Shown one piece after another: positions 1-8,592 of a stretch of DNA of 33,026 bases (position 1 is the first letter of the stretch; every line of letters begins with the position of its first letter). The DNA lies in IMG/VR virus record IMGVR_UViG_3300012933_000262, positions 1 to 33,026 of that record; one strand, given 5' to 3'. Under the pieces are notes generated by a model. It saw only the letters and a list, made by a program, of their open reading frames with translations, ran no database searches and was not told where the DNA came from. This DNA is from a virus (taxonomy: Duplodnaviria; Caudoviricetes). Made by a program: the position numbers and the translations under genes.

Positions 1-1
1 C

Positions 2-1063
2 AAAATCGGCTACGAGAAAATCAAGGACAAGGCAAGCAACAAGATTGAAGTCTTAGTTCAGATTCCCGAAGGTCAACGCAAAGATGAGTTCCGTAATCAG
101 ATTTTGGGCGAGATTCTTGCAGGTCTTCAAAAGACACTTAAAGAGTATCAACCAACTTACAGTGATAACCCTAAACTAAGCAGTTTGGGCGGCATCATCT
201 TCCAAAACAGTCCTGTTTCTATTGTCATCAAAGATTCAGGTGGTCAGGGTGAGAAGTCTGCTGGCGTTGCTAACGAATTGGAAATGGCTAGTATTCTTCA
301 ATCAGTTGTTGACAAGTACGGCTCAGTCAACGTTACATTCAAAGACCCTCGTGGTAAGAAAATGTCTATCAAAAACTGTACAAACGTTGACGTTGCAGGT
401 CGTGACACTGCAAACCGCAAAAAAGCTGACGTTGTGTTGCGTAGTCAAAAGGGTGCGTTGCCTATCAGTATTAAGAAAGTTAATGCTGACATGTGGGAAA
501 GTGCTGATAGCTTGTTCGGTGAGAAGGCTAAAGAAATCATCAAGAAACTTGTCAAACAAGGTGCAGTCAATCTAATCAAGATTAGCGAGACAGTAGACAA
601 GAAGACAGGTGCGACTAATCCAGTTTACAAGTTAGACAAAGAAATCGTTGTTGAGCCTACTCCAGAAGAAGGATTATCAGCTATCTTTGGTAGCGACTTG
701 AATCCAAAGGGCGGAGTCGTCATTCAGACATTCAAGCCTCAGCATTTCGTGCAAGAAGGCAACAATGTAACTGTTGACTGTCATGCTGTTATCACTAGCA
801 AAGAAGACATTCCTGAAAGTCACTTGATGGTTTGGTTGATTCGTAACGACAGTACACGTAGCAATCCTCTTCCAGGATTGCGTACATTGGGTGTTACATT
901 AGCTCGTGGTATCGGTAAGAAGGGTGACAAGGACGTTGTTCTTGTTGACGTTAACGGAAACGTTACAAGTAACCCTAACGCTAAACAGAAGGTTTCTAAG
1001 GAAGCTAAACCTGAAGTAGAACCTGAAGTAGGTAGCGAACGTGCTACACGTGCTAAACGTTAA
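2..1063 (+). CDS. Hypothetical protein, 5'-truncated; possible PD-(D/E)xK nuclease-like fold
   Basis: Frame is open from position 2 (KIGYEKIKDK...), so the true start is upstream of the window. NELE...KADVVL...ISIKK resembles a restriction-endonuclease-like E...D...(S)xK core. Confidence 0.5.
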   Translation, partial: KIGYEKIKDKASNKIEVLVQIPEGQRKDEFRNQILGEILAGLQKTLKEYQPTYSDNPKLSSLGGIIFQNSPVSIVIKDSGGQGEKSAGVANELEMASILQSVVDKYGSVNVTFKDPRGKKMSIKNCTNVDVAGRDTANRKKADVVLRSQKGALPISIKKVNADMWESADSLFGEKAKEIIKKLVKQGAVNLIKISETVDKKTGATNPVYKLDKEIVVEPTPEEGLSAIFGSDLNPKGGVVIQTFKPQHFVQEGNNVTVDCHAVITSKEDIPESHLMVWLIRNDSTRSNPLPGLRTLGVTLARGIGKKGDKDVVLVDVNGNVTSNPNAKQKVSKEAKPEVEPEVGSERATRAKR

Positions 1064-1551
1064 GCCTTAAACAAATCTTGATGTTTAAACCAACGGCGCT
1101 GAGAATGCGCCGTTTTTAATGATATATCGTGTTCTTCCAAGTATGGTCTAAACTGATAGAAGCTAGGACCGTGACTCATAAGCCAATTCTTACCCTGACT
1201 TTCTCTCTCAGGACCTAATATATCCCACTGATATTGATGCACCATTTCGTGTGCTAGTGTTGTAACGAACCATTGTGGGCAGAACCACTTGTCCATTAAG
1301 TTGATTCTACAGTAACTTCCCGTATAGTCTTTTGTAGTTGCCCCGTAGCATATGCCCCAGTACTTTTGACAATGTGACTGTAGTTCAATCTTGGGCTTAT
1401 ACATGTAATTGTCGAAAATCTCATAGTTTATGAGTTCGTATAGATGATAAGTCAACTTTAAACTTGGACGGAAAAGCATTCTCCTCTGCTCACTTCTAGT
1501 GGGCAATGGCAAAGTCATTATCTCCCTAAGCTCCAAGTTGGTCAAAAGCAT
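1060..1551 (-). CDS. SprT-like zinc metalloprotease
   Basis: TLAHEMVHQYQW (HExxH) followed by SHGPSF (HG..F/W), the SprT family pattern. Confidence 0.85.
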   Translation of the reverse strand: MLLTNLELREIMTLPLPTRSEQRRMLFRPSLKLTYHLYELINYEIFDNYMYKPKIELQSHCQKYWGICYGATTKDYTGSYCRINLMDKWFCPQWFVTTLAHEMVHQYQWDILGPERESQGKNWLMSHGPSFYQFRPYLEEHDISLKTAHSQRRWFKHQDLFKA

Positions 1552-1636
1552 GATACTTTATTTAAGTAGAAATTTTTGTGTTAAGTATACAGCTACTAAA
1601 TAAATCTGTCCATCAAACTAGTTCAAGGAGAAAAAC

Positions 1637-1909
1637 ATGGAAATTATCGTAGGAATCGCTGTAGTCGCAGCTATCATTTACTTGCTAACACGCAAGAAAG
1701 AAGAAGTTGTTGCTGAAACAGCGCCAAATGCTAAGGTTGAGGCAGTAAATGCACAACCAGTAGTAGAAGCTGCTCCGGTTGCAGTAGCAACACCAGCTAA
1801 AAAGGCTCCAGCTAAGAAAGCAGCTCCAAAAGCAGCTCCAAAAGCAAAAGCCCCGGCTGCTAAAAAGGCTCCGGCTAAGAAGCCAGTAGCTAGAAAGCCA
1901 AAAGCATAA
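1637..1909 (+). CDS. Small membrane-anchored protein with Ala/Lys/Pro-rich (histone H1-like) tail
   Basis: N-terminal hydrophobic helix, repeated PAKKA/APKA units, AAGGAG SD at about 1626. Confidence 0.75.
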   Translation: MEIIVGIAVVAAIIYLLTRKKEEVVAETAPNAKVEAVNAQPVVEAAPVAVATPAKKAPAKKAAPKAAPKAKAPAAKKAPAKKPVARKPKA

Positions 1910-1926
1910 TCTAAATATGCTACTAT

Positions 1927-1952
1927 AAAAAGGGACTTCGGTCCCTTTTTTT
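1927..1952 (+). terminator. Intrinsic terminator with UUCG tetraloop
   Basis: AAAAAGGGAC-TTCG-GTCCCTTTTTTT. Confidence 0.9.
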
Positions 1953-1959
1953 ATAAATA
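1952..1959 (+). promoter_or_regulatory. T4-type late promoter TATAAATA
   Basis: Exact T4 gp55 consensus, 4 nt before the ATG at 1964. Confidence 0.7.
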
Positions 1960-1963
1960 CTCT

Positions 1964-2659
1964 ATGACTATTGGTTTTGATATTATTAGTGACCTTAATC
2001 TCAAAGAAGGTGAATTATTTGACTGGGAGGGTAAACCTACGAGTTTGTTCTGCCTTGTTGCCGGGAACATCTCGTCTGACTTAAAAACAATGCTGAGAGT
2101 ACTTCATCATCTAAGTAGTCAGTATCAGGGTGTGTTCTTCATTGACGGAACGTTAGAGGCACAAGACCCATATGAAAGAGATGATAGGGTAGATGAGATA
2201 GGTAAGTTATGCGAGAAAGTTAGAAATGTTGTCTATCTACATAACAACGTTGTAGTTGTTGATGGTGTCGCTATTGTAGGCATCAACGGATGGTACAAAA
2301 ACTTTCAAACTAACTCAGCATCGGATGAGATGCAACTCCAAACCAATTTCCTAGATGATTTCTTATATCTTCAAAAGACTATTGAACGACTACAATTACA
2401 CGTGGATGTAAGAAAAATCGTAGTTATGTCTAACTGCGTACCATCGAACAAACTTTACTTTGGTGAAGACGTAGGTATGTTGTCTAGCATTACATTAGAT
2501 AACGTAGAGTCTGCTGACACCGAACATAAAATCTCACATTGGGTTTATGCTACGCATGGCAAAATAGTTGATACCATGTTTAACAGTATCAACTATGTGA
2601 ATAATCCAAAGCATGATAGAAACCCATATCATGCTAAACGTATTGACGTTAACGTTTAA
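1964..2659 (+). CDS. Calcineurin-like metallophosphoesterase fold protein with degenerate metal ligands
   Basis: Motif order matches the family (ISDLN, AGNI, DGTLE, SNCVP, WVYATHG), but the His ligands are substituted. Confidence 0.7.
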   Translation: MTIGFDIISDLNLKEGELFDWEGKPTSLFCLVAGNISSDLKTMLRVLHHLSSQYQGVFFIDGTLEAQDPYERDDRVDEIGKLCEKVRNVVYLHNNVVVVDGVAIVGINGWYKNFQTNSASDEMQLQTNFLDDFLYLQKTIERLQLHVDVRKIVVMSNCVPSNKLYFGEDVGMLSSITLDNVESADTEHKISHWVYATHGKIVDTMFNSINYVNNPKHDRNPYHAKRIDVNV

Positions 2660-2958
2660 CCTTCGCTTGCTTCAATCTTAACTTGCAAGGGGAAACCCTC
2701 GCTACGTGCGTCAAGCGTGACTTCAACACCCTTCTGTTCCGCAATCTCATACGGCAATACTGCTACAACTGCGCTACCATCATCATGGATGCTTGTTGTA
2801 ATATGTTCCGCAGTATCGACATTATAGTTAAAATGGTCAATCAAACTACGTACAACGAAGTCCATAGTCGTTTGGTCATCATTCATATAGATGACTTTAT
2901 ACAATGGAGGTTCTGCTAATTTAATGTTTGGTTTGATTGTTACTTGTGTATCTGCCAT
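2656..2958 (-). CDS. clpS: ATP-dependent Clp protease adaptor ClpS
   Basis: PPLYKVIYMNDDQTTMDFVV...IHDDGSAVVAV...EIAEQK...GFPLQVKIE. Confidence 0.92.
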   Translation of the reverse strand: MADTQVTIKPNIKLAEPPLYKVIYMNDDQTTMDFVVRSLIDHFNYNVDTAEHITTSIHDDGSAVVAVLPYEIAEQKGVEVTLDARSEGFPLQVKIEASEG

Positions 2959-2975
2959 GATTTGTTCCTAGAGTA

Positions 2976-2996
2976 GTGCGGAGACTATCCCCGCAC
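2976..2996 (-). terminator. GC-rich hairpin between ibpA and clpS (terminator or processing site)
   Basis: Minus strand reads GTGCGGGGA-TAG-TCTCCGCAC. There is no strong U-tract. Confidence 0.45.
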
Positions 2997-3011
2997 CATG
3001 TTCATATTATA

Positions 3012-3458
3012 TTACTTATTGAACTTAATGTCAATTTTCTTGGGTAGATTTTCAACCGGAATGATTCGTTCCAATTCGATTGACAAAATACCGTTCGTGA
3101 TTTCGGCATGTTTGACTTCAACGTGTTCAGCCAATGTGAATGCTCGGTCAAAATTACGCATACTGATACCTTGAATCAAATACTCTGCTCCGTATTTGTT
3201 ATCTTTCTCGGTACTTCCTGCGATTGACAGTATACGACCTTCTACTTGAATGTCAATCTCACCTTCAGTGAATCCTGCAACTGCAAGTTGAATGACAAAG
3301 TTGTTTTCGTCAATTTTCAGAATGTTGTGGGGCGGGTAATTAGTAGATTGTCGGCTAGTGGTTCTCATTAGCTCGTCAAACATTTGGTCAAAGCCAATGC
3401 CAAATTTGTGAATTGTTGGGATGTCCAACGCTCTTAGTGTTAATTCTCTGTTGCTCAT
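3012..3458 (-). CDS. ibpA: Small heat-shock protein (Hsp20, IbpA/B-like)
   Basis: IGFDQMFD, NYPPHNI, LAVAGF, YLIQGISMRNFDRAFTLAEHVEV, NGILSIEL, PKKIDI (IxI motif). Confidence 0.95.
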   Translation of the reverse strand: MSNRELTLRALDIPTIHKFGIGFDQMFDELMRTTSRQSTNYPPHNILKIDENNFVIQLAVAGFTEGEIDIQVEGRILSIAGSTEKDNKYGAEYLIQGISMRNFDRAFTLAEHVEVKHAEITNGILSIELERIIPVENLPKKIDIKFNK

Positions 3459-3520
3459 AATTTATCTCCTTAGTTAAGCAAGATTTAATGTAGGGCCCAT
3501 CTTATATGGCACCCTACGTA
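3456..3520 (-). ncRNA. ROSE-like RNA thermometer in the ibpA 5' UTR
   Basis: Upstream stable hairpin (GUAGGGUGCCAU...AUGGGCCCUAC), then UCUUGCUU pairing with SD AAGGAGA with a bulged G, the U(U/C)GCU ROSE hallmark. Confidence 0.8.
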
Positions 3521-3527
3521 TGTGAGG

Positions 3528-5411
3528 TTACTTAGCTTCTTTAACCTCAGCATCTACGACATTTTCATCTGTCTTAGATTCATTAGCCTTTTGTTCGGCT
3601 TCGTACTTTTTAGCAGTGACAGGACCGATTGCATCATACAATGAATTAATCGATGAAGTGATTGCTTCAACATCATCACCTGCAATTGCTTCTGCAACTG
3701 CTTGTAATGCAGCCTCTGCTTTTTCTTTTTCTTCACTAGTGACTTGGTCACCGTAATCTGCTACATCTTTTGCAAAACTATTCATTGCACTTTCAGCACC
3801 ATTACGTGCTTGGATCAATTCAATAATCTTCTTATCTGCTTCTGCATTTTCTTCTGCTTCTTGAACCATGCGCTGAATTTCATCCTCTTTCAAACCTGAA
3901 TCAGACTTGATAGTGATTTTGTTCTCTTTGCCAGTGCCTTTATCTTTCGCACTGATATGCATGATACCGTTTGCGTCAATATCAAATGTAACTTCGATTT
4001 GAGGCATACCGCGGGGTGCTGGTGCAATACCATCTAAGTTGAACTCACCTAAGATTTTGTTGAACTTGAATAGTTCACGTTCACCTTGACCGACTTTGAT
4101 AGTAACAGCCGGCTGATTATCTTCTGCTGTACTGAAACTCTGTGAAGCCTTAGTTGGGATTGTTGTGTTCTTAGTGATAACTTTAGTCATCACGCCGCCC
4201 ATTGTTTCGATACCCAATGATAATGGGGTAACGTCCAACAACAATACGTCTTTACGTGAACCTGCGAGGACACTTCCTTGAATAGCCGCACCTGAAGCAA
4301 CTGCTTCGTCTGGGTTAACGTCTTTACGAGGTGCTTTACCGAACAATGATTCGACTGCTTCTTGTACTTTCGGCATACGAGTTTGTCCACCGACTAAGAT
4401 AACTTCGTCAATGTCGCTAGTTGACACGCCAGCATCTTTTAACGCTTGACGACAAGGTGCAAGACTACGTTCAATCAAGTCAGCAACCAATGATTCAAAC
4501 TTAGCACGTGACAATTTAACGTTCAAGTGCTTAGGACCTGTTGCGTCTGCTGTAACGTATGGCAAGTTAATATCTGTAGAAGCAGAACTTGACAATTCAA
4601 TCTTTGCCTTCTCTGATGCTTCCTTCAAACGTTGCAATGAAAGGACGTCACCTTTCAAATCAATCCCAGATTCCTTTTTAAACTCGTCAACCAAGTAATC
4701 CATGATGCGTTGGTCAAAGTCTTCACCACCCAAAAACGTATCACCGTTCGTAGATAAAACTTCAATCTGTTTATCGTTTTCAACGTTTGCGATTTCAATG
4801 ATAGATACGTCAAACGTACCACCACCTAAGTCATAGACTGCGACTTTGCGGTCTTTCTTGTCTGACTTGTCAACACCATATGCCAATGCGGCTGCTGTTG
4901 GTTCGTTGATGATACGCAATACTTCTAGACCAGCAATACGACCTGCGTCTTTAGTTGCTTGACGTTGTGAATCATTGAAATATGCTGGGACTGTAATAAC
5001 TGCTTTAGTGACTTCTTCACCGAGATAGTCTTCGGCAGTTTTCTTCATCTTACGAAGAACTTCTGCACTAATTTGTGGGGGTGCTAAGTCTTTGTCTTGT
5101 GCTTTAACCCATGCGTCACCGTTAGAGTTTTCAACGATTTGATATGGCATCAAACCAATGTCTTTCTGTACAGCTTCTTCTTTGAACTTGCGACCAATCA
5201 AACGCTTTGCGGCGTAGATAGTGTTCGTTGGGTTTGTTACTGCTTGTCGTTTAGCACTAGCGCCAACAAGAATTTCATCTTTTGTGTATGCTACGACTGA
5301 TGGGGTTGTACGTGCGCCTTCTGAGTTTTCAATAACTTTTGTTTTGCCATTCTCGATGATGGCTACGCACGAATTGGTTGTACCGAGGTCGATACCGATT
5401 ACTTTGCTCAT
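3528..5411 (-). CDS. dnaK: Chaperone DnaK (Hsp70)
   Basis: [47 protein letters not shown]. Start moved to the ATG at 5411 behind the AAGGAGA SD. Confidence 0.99.
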   Translation of the reverse strand: MSKVIGIDLGTTNSCVAIIENGKTKVIENSEGARTTPSVVAYTKDEILVGASAKRQAVTNPTNTIYAAKRLIGRKFKEEAVQKDIGLMPYQIVENSNGDAWVKAQDKDLAPPQISAEVLRKMKKTAEDYLGEEVTKAVITVPAYFNDSQRQATKDAGRIAGLEVLRIINEPTAAALAYGVDKSDKKDRKVAVYDLGGGTFDVSIIEIANVENDKQIEVLSTNGDTFLGGEDFDQRIMDYLVDEFKKESGIDLKGDVLSLQRLKEASEKAKIELSSSASTDINLPYVTADATGPKHLNVKLSRAKFESLVADLIERSLAPCRQALKDAGVSTSDIDEVILVGGQTRMPKVQEAVESLFGKAPRKDVNPDEAVASGAAIQGSVLAGSRKDVLLLDVTPLSLGIETMGGVMTKVITKNTTIPTKASQSFSTAEDNQPAVTIKVGQGERELFKFNKILGEFNLDGIAPAPRGMPQIEVTFDIDANGIMHISAKDKGTGKENKITIKSDSGLKEDEIQRMVQEAEENAEADKKIIELIQARNGAESAMNSFAKDVADYGDQVTSEEKEKAEAALQAVAEAIAGDDVEAITSSINSLYDAIGPVTAKKYEAEQKANESKTDENVVDAEVKEAK

Positions 5412-5464
5412 TTTTTCTCCTTTGAAAAGCAAGATTTTAAAACGCAGACCTGTTAAGCATCTGC
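5409..5464 (-). ncRNA. ROSE-like RNA thermometer in the dnaK 5' UTR
   Basis: Hairpin GCAGAUGCU...AGGUCUGC, then UCUUGCUU-UUCA-AAGGAGA; same architecture as before ibpA. Confidence 0.7.
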
Positions 5465-5472
5465 TGTACTAT

Positions 5473-5498
5473 ATATTTTACACGTTTGCGTAAAATAT
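5473..5498 (-). promoter_or_regulatory. Inverted repeat between rpsU and dnaK
   Basis: ATATTTTAC-N8-GTAAAATAT, extendable by G-U pairs on the minus-strand RNA. Role (terminator, stabiliser or operator) is unknown. Confidence 0.4.
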
Positions 5499-5514
5499 TT
5501 GTATATTATGTGGG

Positions 5515-5733
5515 TTAATACATTTTGGGTGGAAGCGTCTGACTACGTAGATGTTTCTTCCAGCGGCTTTGTGCTTGCCCTGCTTTAATCTTACGCTCAG
5601 TCGTGGGTTTGACAAACTCTTGTCTATCCCTTACTTCCTGCAACTTACCTGAATCAGTAAGTTTTTTCTTTAATTTGCGTAACGCTTTCTCAACGCTACC
5701 ATCGTGAACTTGCACTCTTAATCCTTTTTTCAT
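5515..5733 (-). CDS. rpsU: 30S ribosomal protein bS21
   Basis: VEKALRKLKKK...GKLQEVRDRQEFVKPTTERK matches the S21 pattern. Confidence 0.9.
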   Translation of the reverse strand: MKKGLRVQVHDGSVEKALRKLKKKLTDSGKLQEVRDRQEFVKPTTERKIKAGQAQSRWKKHLRSQTLPPKMY

Positions 5734-6923
5734 AGTGATTCTGGGTTTAAAACTTTCTCCTTATCTATATTTATCAGCTTAATCTGATTTTCCTTATAGT
5801 AACGAGTACGATACATGTGTGGCATTAACACACGTTCGATTTCAGTGTGCAACCCACGAGCACCGGTTTTGAGTTTCAAGCAACGTTCGGCAATTTCTTC
5901 CAACGCTTCTGTAGTGAAAGATAGCTCGATGCCATCGAGTTTCAGCAAGTACTTGTATTGACTGATGTAGTTGTTCTTTACATCGGTGAGAATGTGGATT
6001 AACTGTTCTTTAGTCAACTCACCGATGCTAACTGTCGTAGTGAAACGACCAATGAACTCAGGAATCATGCCGAACTTAGTCAAGTCGTCGGGTGTGACTT
6101 TACTCAAGTCACCTTCTACTTTAGCATCTTTCACCCCTGATGTAAAGCCGATGCCAGAATTGTTCATTCTTTTACCGATAACGTCTTTCAACCCGACAAA
6201 CGCACCACCAGCAATGAATAGAATATTCTTTGTGTTGATTTCAGCCATATCGGATCCAGGGTGTTTGCGTCCACCTGAGTTAGGTACACGACAAACAGTA
6301 CCTTCAACCATCTTTAACAATGCTTGCTGTACACCTTCGCCGGATACGTCACGTGTGATGCTAGAACCTTCGCTCTTACGGGCGATTTTGTCAATTTCAT
6401 CAACGAATACAATACCGCGCTCTGCTAGTTCTTTGTCTCCCCCAGCCGCGTTAAGTAACATTGATATCATGGATTCTACATCATCACCGACGTATCCGGC
6501 TTCTGTCAAACTTGTTGCGTCAGTGACTACAAAGGGCACTTTGAGAAACTTGGCAGCAGTTTTAGCAAGCAACGTCTTACCCGAACCCGTAGGTCCTACG
6601 ATAAGTACGTTACCTTTTTGAATCTCTAAGTCTTTTGGTGGATGATTGATACGCTTGTAATGATTAGCAATAGCAACGCTCAACACCATCTTTGCATCAT
6701 GTTGTCCGATAACATGTTGATCCAAGAACTCTTTGATAGATTCAGGATCCTGCTCAGGTGGCATTGACTCGTTAGTAGTTACCTCGTCATCTTCGACAAG
6801 TTCCTCACACAATTCAATACATTCACTGCAAATCGCGGCGTTGTCGCCGACGACTAGTTTCTTGACATTCTCTTTGCTTGTTCCGCAAAAACTACAATGG
6901 TTGAGTTTGTTTTCATCGTTCAT
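5730..6923 (-). CDS. clpX: ATP-dependent Clp protease ATP-binding subunit ClpX
   Basis: C4 zinc domain (CSFCG...ICSECIELC), Walker A GPTGSGKT, Walker B VFVDEIDK, GYVG pore loop, RKH loop and IGF loop. Start at the ATG at 6923. Confidence 0.97.
   Translation of the reverse strand: MNDENKLNHCSFCGTSKENVKKLVVGDNAAICSECIELCEELVEDDEVTTNESMPPEQDPESIKEFLDQHVIGQHDAKMVLSVAIANHYKRINHPPKDLEIQKGNVLIVGPTGSGKTLLAKTAAKFLKVPFVVTDATSLTEAGYVGDDVESMISMLLNAAGGDKELAERGIVFVDEIDKIARKSEGSSITRDVSGEGVQQALLKMVEGTVCRVPNSGGRKHPGSDMAEINTKNILFIAGGAFVGLKDVIGKRMNNSGIGFTSGVKDAKVEGDLSKVTPDDLTKFGMIPEFIGRFTTTVSIGELTKEQLIHILTDVKNNYISQYKYLLKLDGIELSFTTEALEEIAERCLKLKTGARGLHTEIERVLMPHMYRTRYYKENQIKLINIDKEKVLNPESL
5768..5775 (-). promoter_or_regulatory. 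Putative late promoter (GATAAATA) upstream of rpsU
   Basis: TAAATA core about 35 nt upstream of the rpsU ATG, inside the clpX 3' end. Confidence 0.4.
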
Positions 6924-6931
6924 TATTATAC

Positions 6932-7918
6932 TTATCTTTTGTCGCAATACTCCAAATCAATTGTTATGCCCGTTTCAATATTAGAAGCAGCTTCAACATA
7001 TTTAATTTGGTTAGATGCGAATGTGAAATCGAATGTAGCCATGATAGGAGATGATCCATCAATCTCAGTACTAGAAGATGTAATTACACCTATGTGATTC
7101 GATTGACGACACGCTAGTACGTTGCCATACACATCCTTTACTTTTGCATACACTGAGATAGTAGGTTTAAACTTTTCATAAACCATGTTGTAATATCCAG
7201 CGTCATTGTAATAGTATGTGTCTTTGCTACCAACCCAGCTATCAGGCTTGCGTCTTATGATTGTGATTCTATCTTGCGATATACCTCTGTCTCTCGGTGC
7301 TGATGATAATGCCAATGCTTCATTCATCGCAGTGGTCCAGTTGTAGTTCCAATCAACCCGATATTTTACTAGCAACCGTGAATTGTTGTATACGTCAACA
7401 CGGAAGTCTGAATCTACCATTTTGATTGTAAACGCTCGACTTGGATAATCTGCTAACACTGCCGAACTAACACTTTTCACCGATTTTCGTGATTCCAAAT
7501 AAGTGCCATACTGTGTCGCAAGTTTGTCACCGTTAAGATTCGAATCAGTTGAATTCTTGTTTAGGATACGATTAGCGATTCTGCTATTCTTAATCACCAC
7601 ATCCATTTCCAGTGTTACTGATTTACCATTGGATGTGTTTCTTAGAATTGAATAGCTATCAACGTAACCTGAACTATGATTCAAAATTTCATTTCGAACC
7701 AACTTGTCGTTCTTTGATTCTTTCTCATTGAGGATTACAGAACCAACAACATACTCGATTGCTCGATTGAATGCGATGGATTTTGCTTCTTCAAATGTTG
7801 AACCAGTTGCAGTGATACGAATTGACGTACCACCGTCACTAGTTTGATGCGTCTTTACTGGAGTAGAAGAACATGCTGACACGAATGCCAGCATTACCAT
7901 CACAATGATTAATTTCAT
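6932..7918 (-). CDS. Lipoprotein (N-terminal FlgT/LPP20-like domain)
   Basis: Lipobox VSAC; ATGSTFEEAKSIAFNRAIEYVVG pattern. Confidence 0.65.
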   Translation of the reverse strand: MKLIIVMVMLAFVSACSSTPVKTHQTSDGGTSIRITATGSTFEEAKSIAFNRAIEYVVGSVILNEKESKNDKLVRNEILNHSSGYVDSYSILRNTSNGKSVTLEMDVVIKNSRIANRILNKNSTDSNLNGDKLATQYGTYLESRKSVKSVSSAVLADYPSRAFTIKMVDSDFRVDVYNNSRLLVKYRVDWNYNWTTAMNEALALSSAPRDRGISQDRITIIRRKPDSWVGSKDTYYYNDAGYYNMVYEKFKPTISVYAKVKDVYGNVLACRQSNHIGVITSSSTEIDGSSPIMATFDFTFASNQIKYVEAASNIETGITIDLEYCDKR

Positions 7919-8523
7919 TGCATTGCTTTAATGAGTTGGTTACGTGATGTGTTTGATTTAACGTCCCAGCGAATTGTCACTGCGACTTCTTGGTCACCGA
8001 CAACTTTTTCACTGACTTTGCGGAAGCCACGCAACACCGCAGTTGATGTTGACTTGATGGTTTCTGTCATAGTTGACACTGTTTGGTTGGTGTTCTCACG
8101 CAACGAAACATTTTTTGCTTCTTGGTCAGTCATTTCAACAACTTCACCGTCATTTTTGCCTGAGTTAATCTTGTCAGTTGCCTTTTCAAGGTTCTTGGCA
8201 ATAGTAGTGTTAACACGTGAAGTGGTGATTTCGTTGTTCAAGAATTCTGAAACCTGTGTCTTTGCATTCATTTCAGCACGAATCAATGCAGTCTTGCGGT
8301 TGTTGACTGTGTTGCCATAACTAGGGGCAGTACCTGTTGCTTCGATTGCAACAATTTTACATTCAGAGCCGAAGCCAAAATAATTACAATCAGATTCAAT
8401 TTTGATGTGTTCGCTCACAAACGATGTAGAAAGTTTTTGCTCGGCGATTGGGTTAGTTGACTTGATGCTAGAGCATGCGGTCAGTGCTGTTGCAATAGCG
8501 AGTACAGTGAGTGTGCGTTTCAT
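7915..8523 (-). CDS. Lipoprotein (LPP20-like)
   Basis: Lipobox LTAC; ATGTAP...ALIRAEMNAKTQVSEF...VLRGF...VAVTIRW. Confidence 0.65.
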   Translation of the reverse strand: MKRTLTVLAIATALTACSSIKSTNPIAEQKLSTSFVSEHIKIESDCNYFGFGSECKIVAIEATGTAPSYGNTVNNRKTALIRAEMNAKTQVSEFLNNEITTSRVNTTIAKNLEKATDKINSGKNDGEVVEMTDQEAKNVSLRENTNQTVSTMTETIKSTSTAVLRGFRKVSEKVVGDQEVAVTIRWDVKSNTSRNQLIKAMQ

Positions 8524-8528
8524 TGGAA

Positions 8529-8576
8529 AATCCTCTTTAAGTTAAACAATGATGATATTATAACTTAAAGAGGATT
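8529..8576. repeat. Perfect 16-bp inverted repeat linking the promoter spacer and the SD
   Basis: AATCCTCTTTAAGTTA (8529-8544) and TAACTTAAAGAGGATT (8561-8576). Confidence 0.9.
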
Positions 8577-8585
8577 AATTGTCAA
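8557..8585 (-). promoter_or_regulatory. Sigma70-type early promoter
   Basis: TTGACA-N17-TATAAT, perfect consensus. Confidence 0.85.
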
Positions 8586-8592
8586 GCCTTTT

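Noticed and set aside
5971-6621. 216-aa plus-strand ORF and other antisense ORFs in the track (for example 7931-8320, 12722-13051, 19193-19603)
   Set aside because: They are shadows of well-supported genes on the opposite strand, with no SD or recognisable motifs.
2656-6923. Bacterial chromosome origin suggested by dnaK, clpX and rpsU
   Set aside because: Gene order is non-bacterial (no dnaJ, grpE, clpP or clpA). The context has a T4-like ligase, RNase H, late promoters and dense small ORFs.
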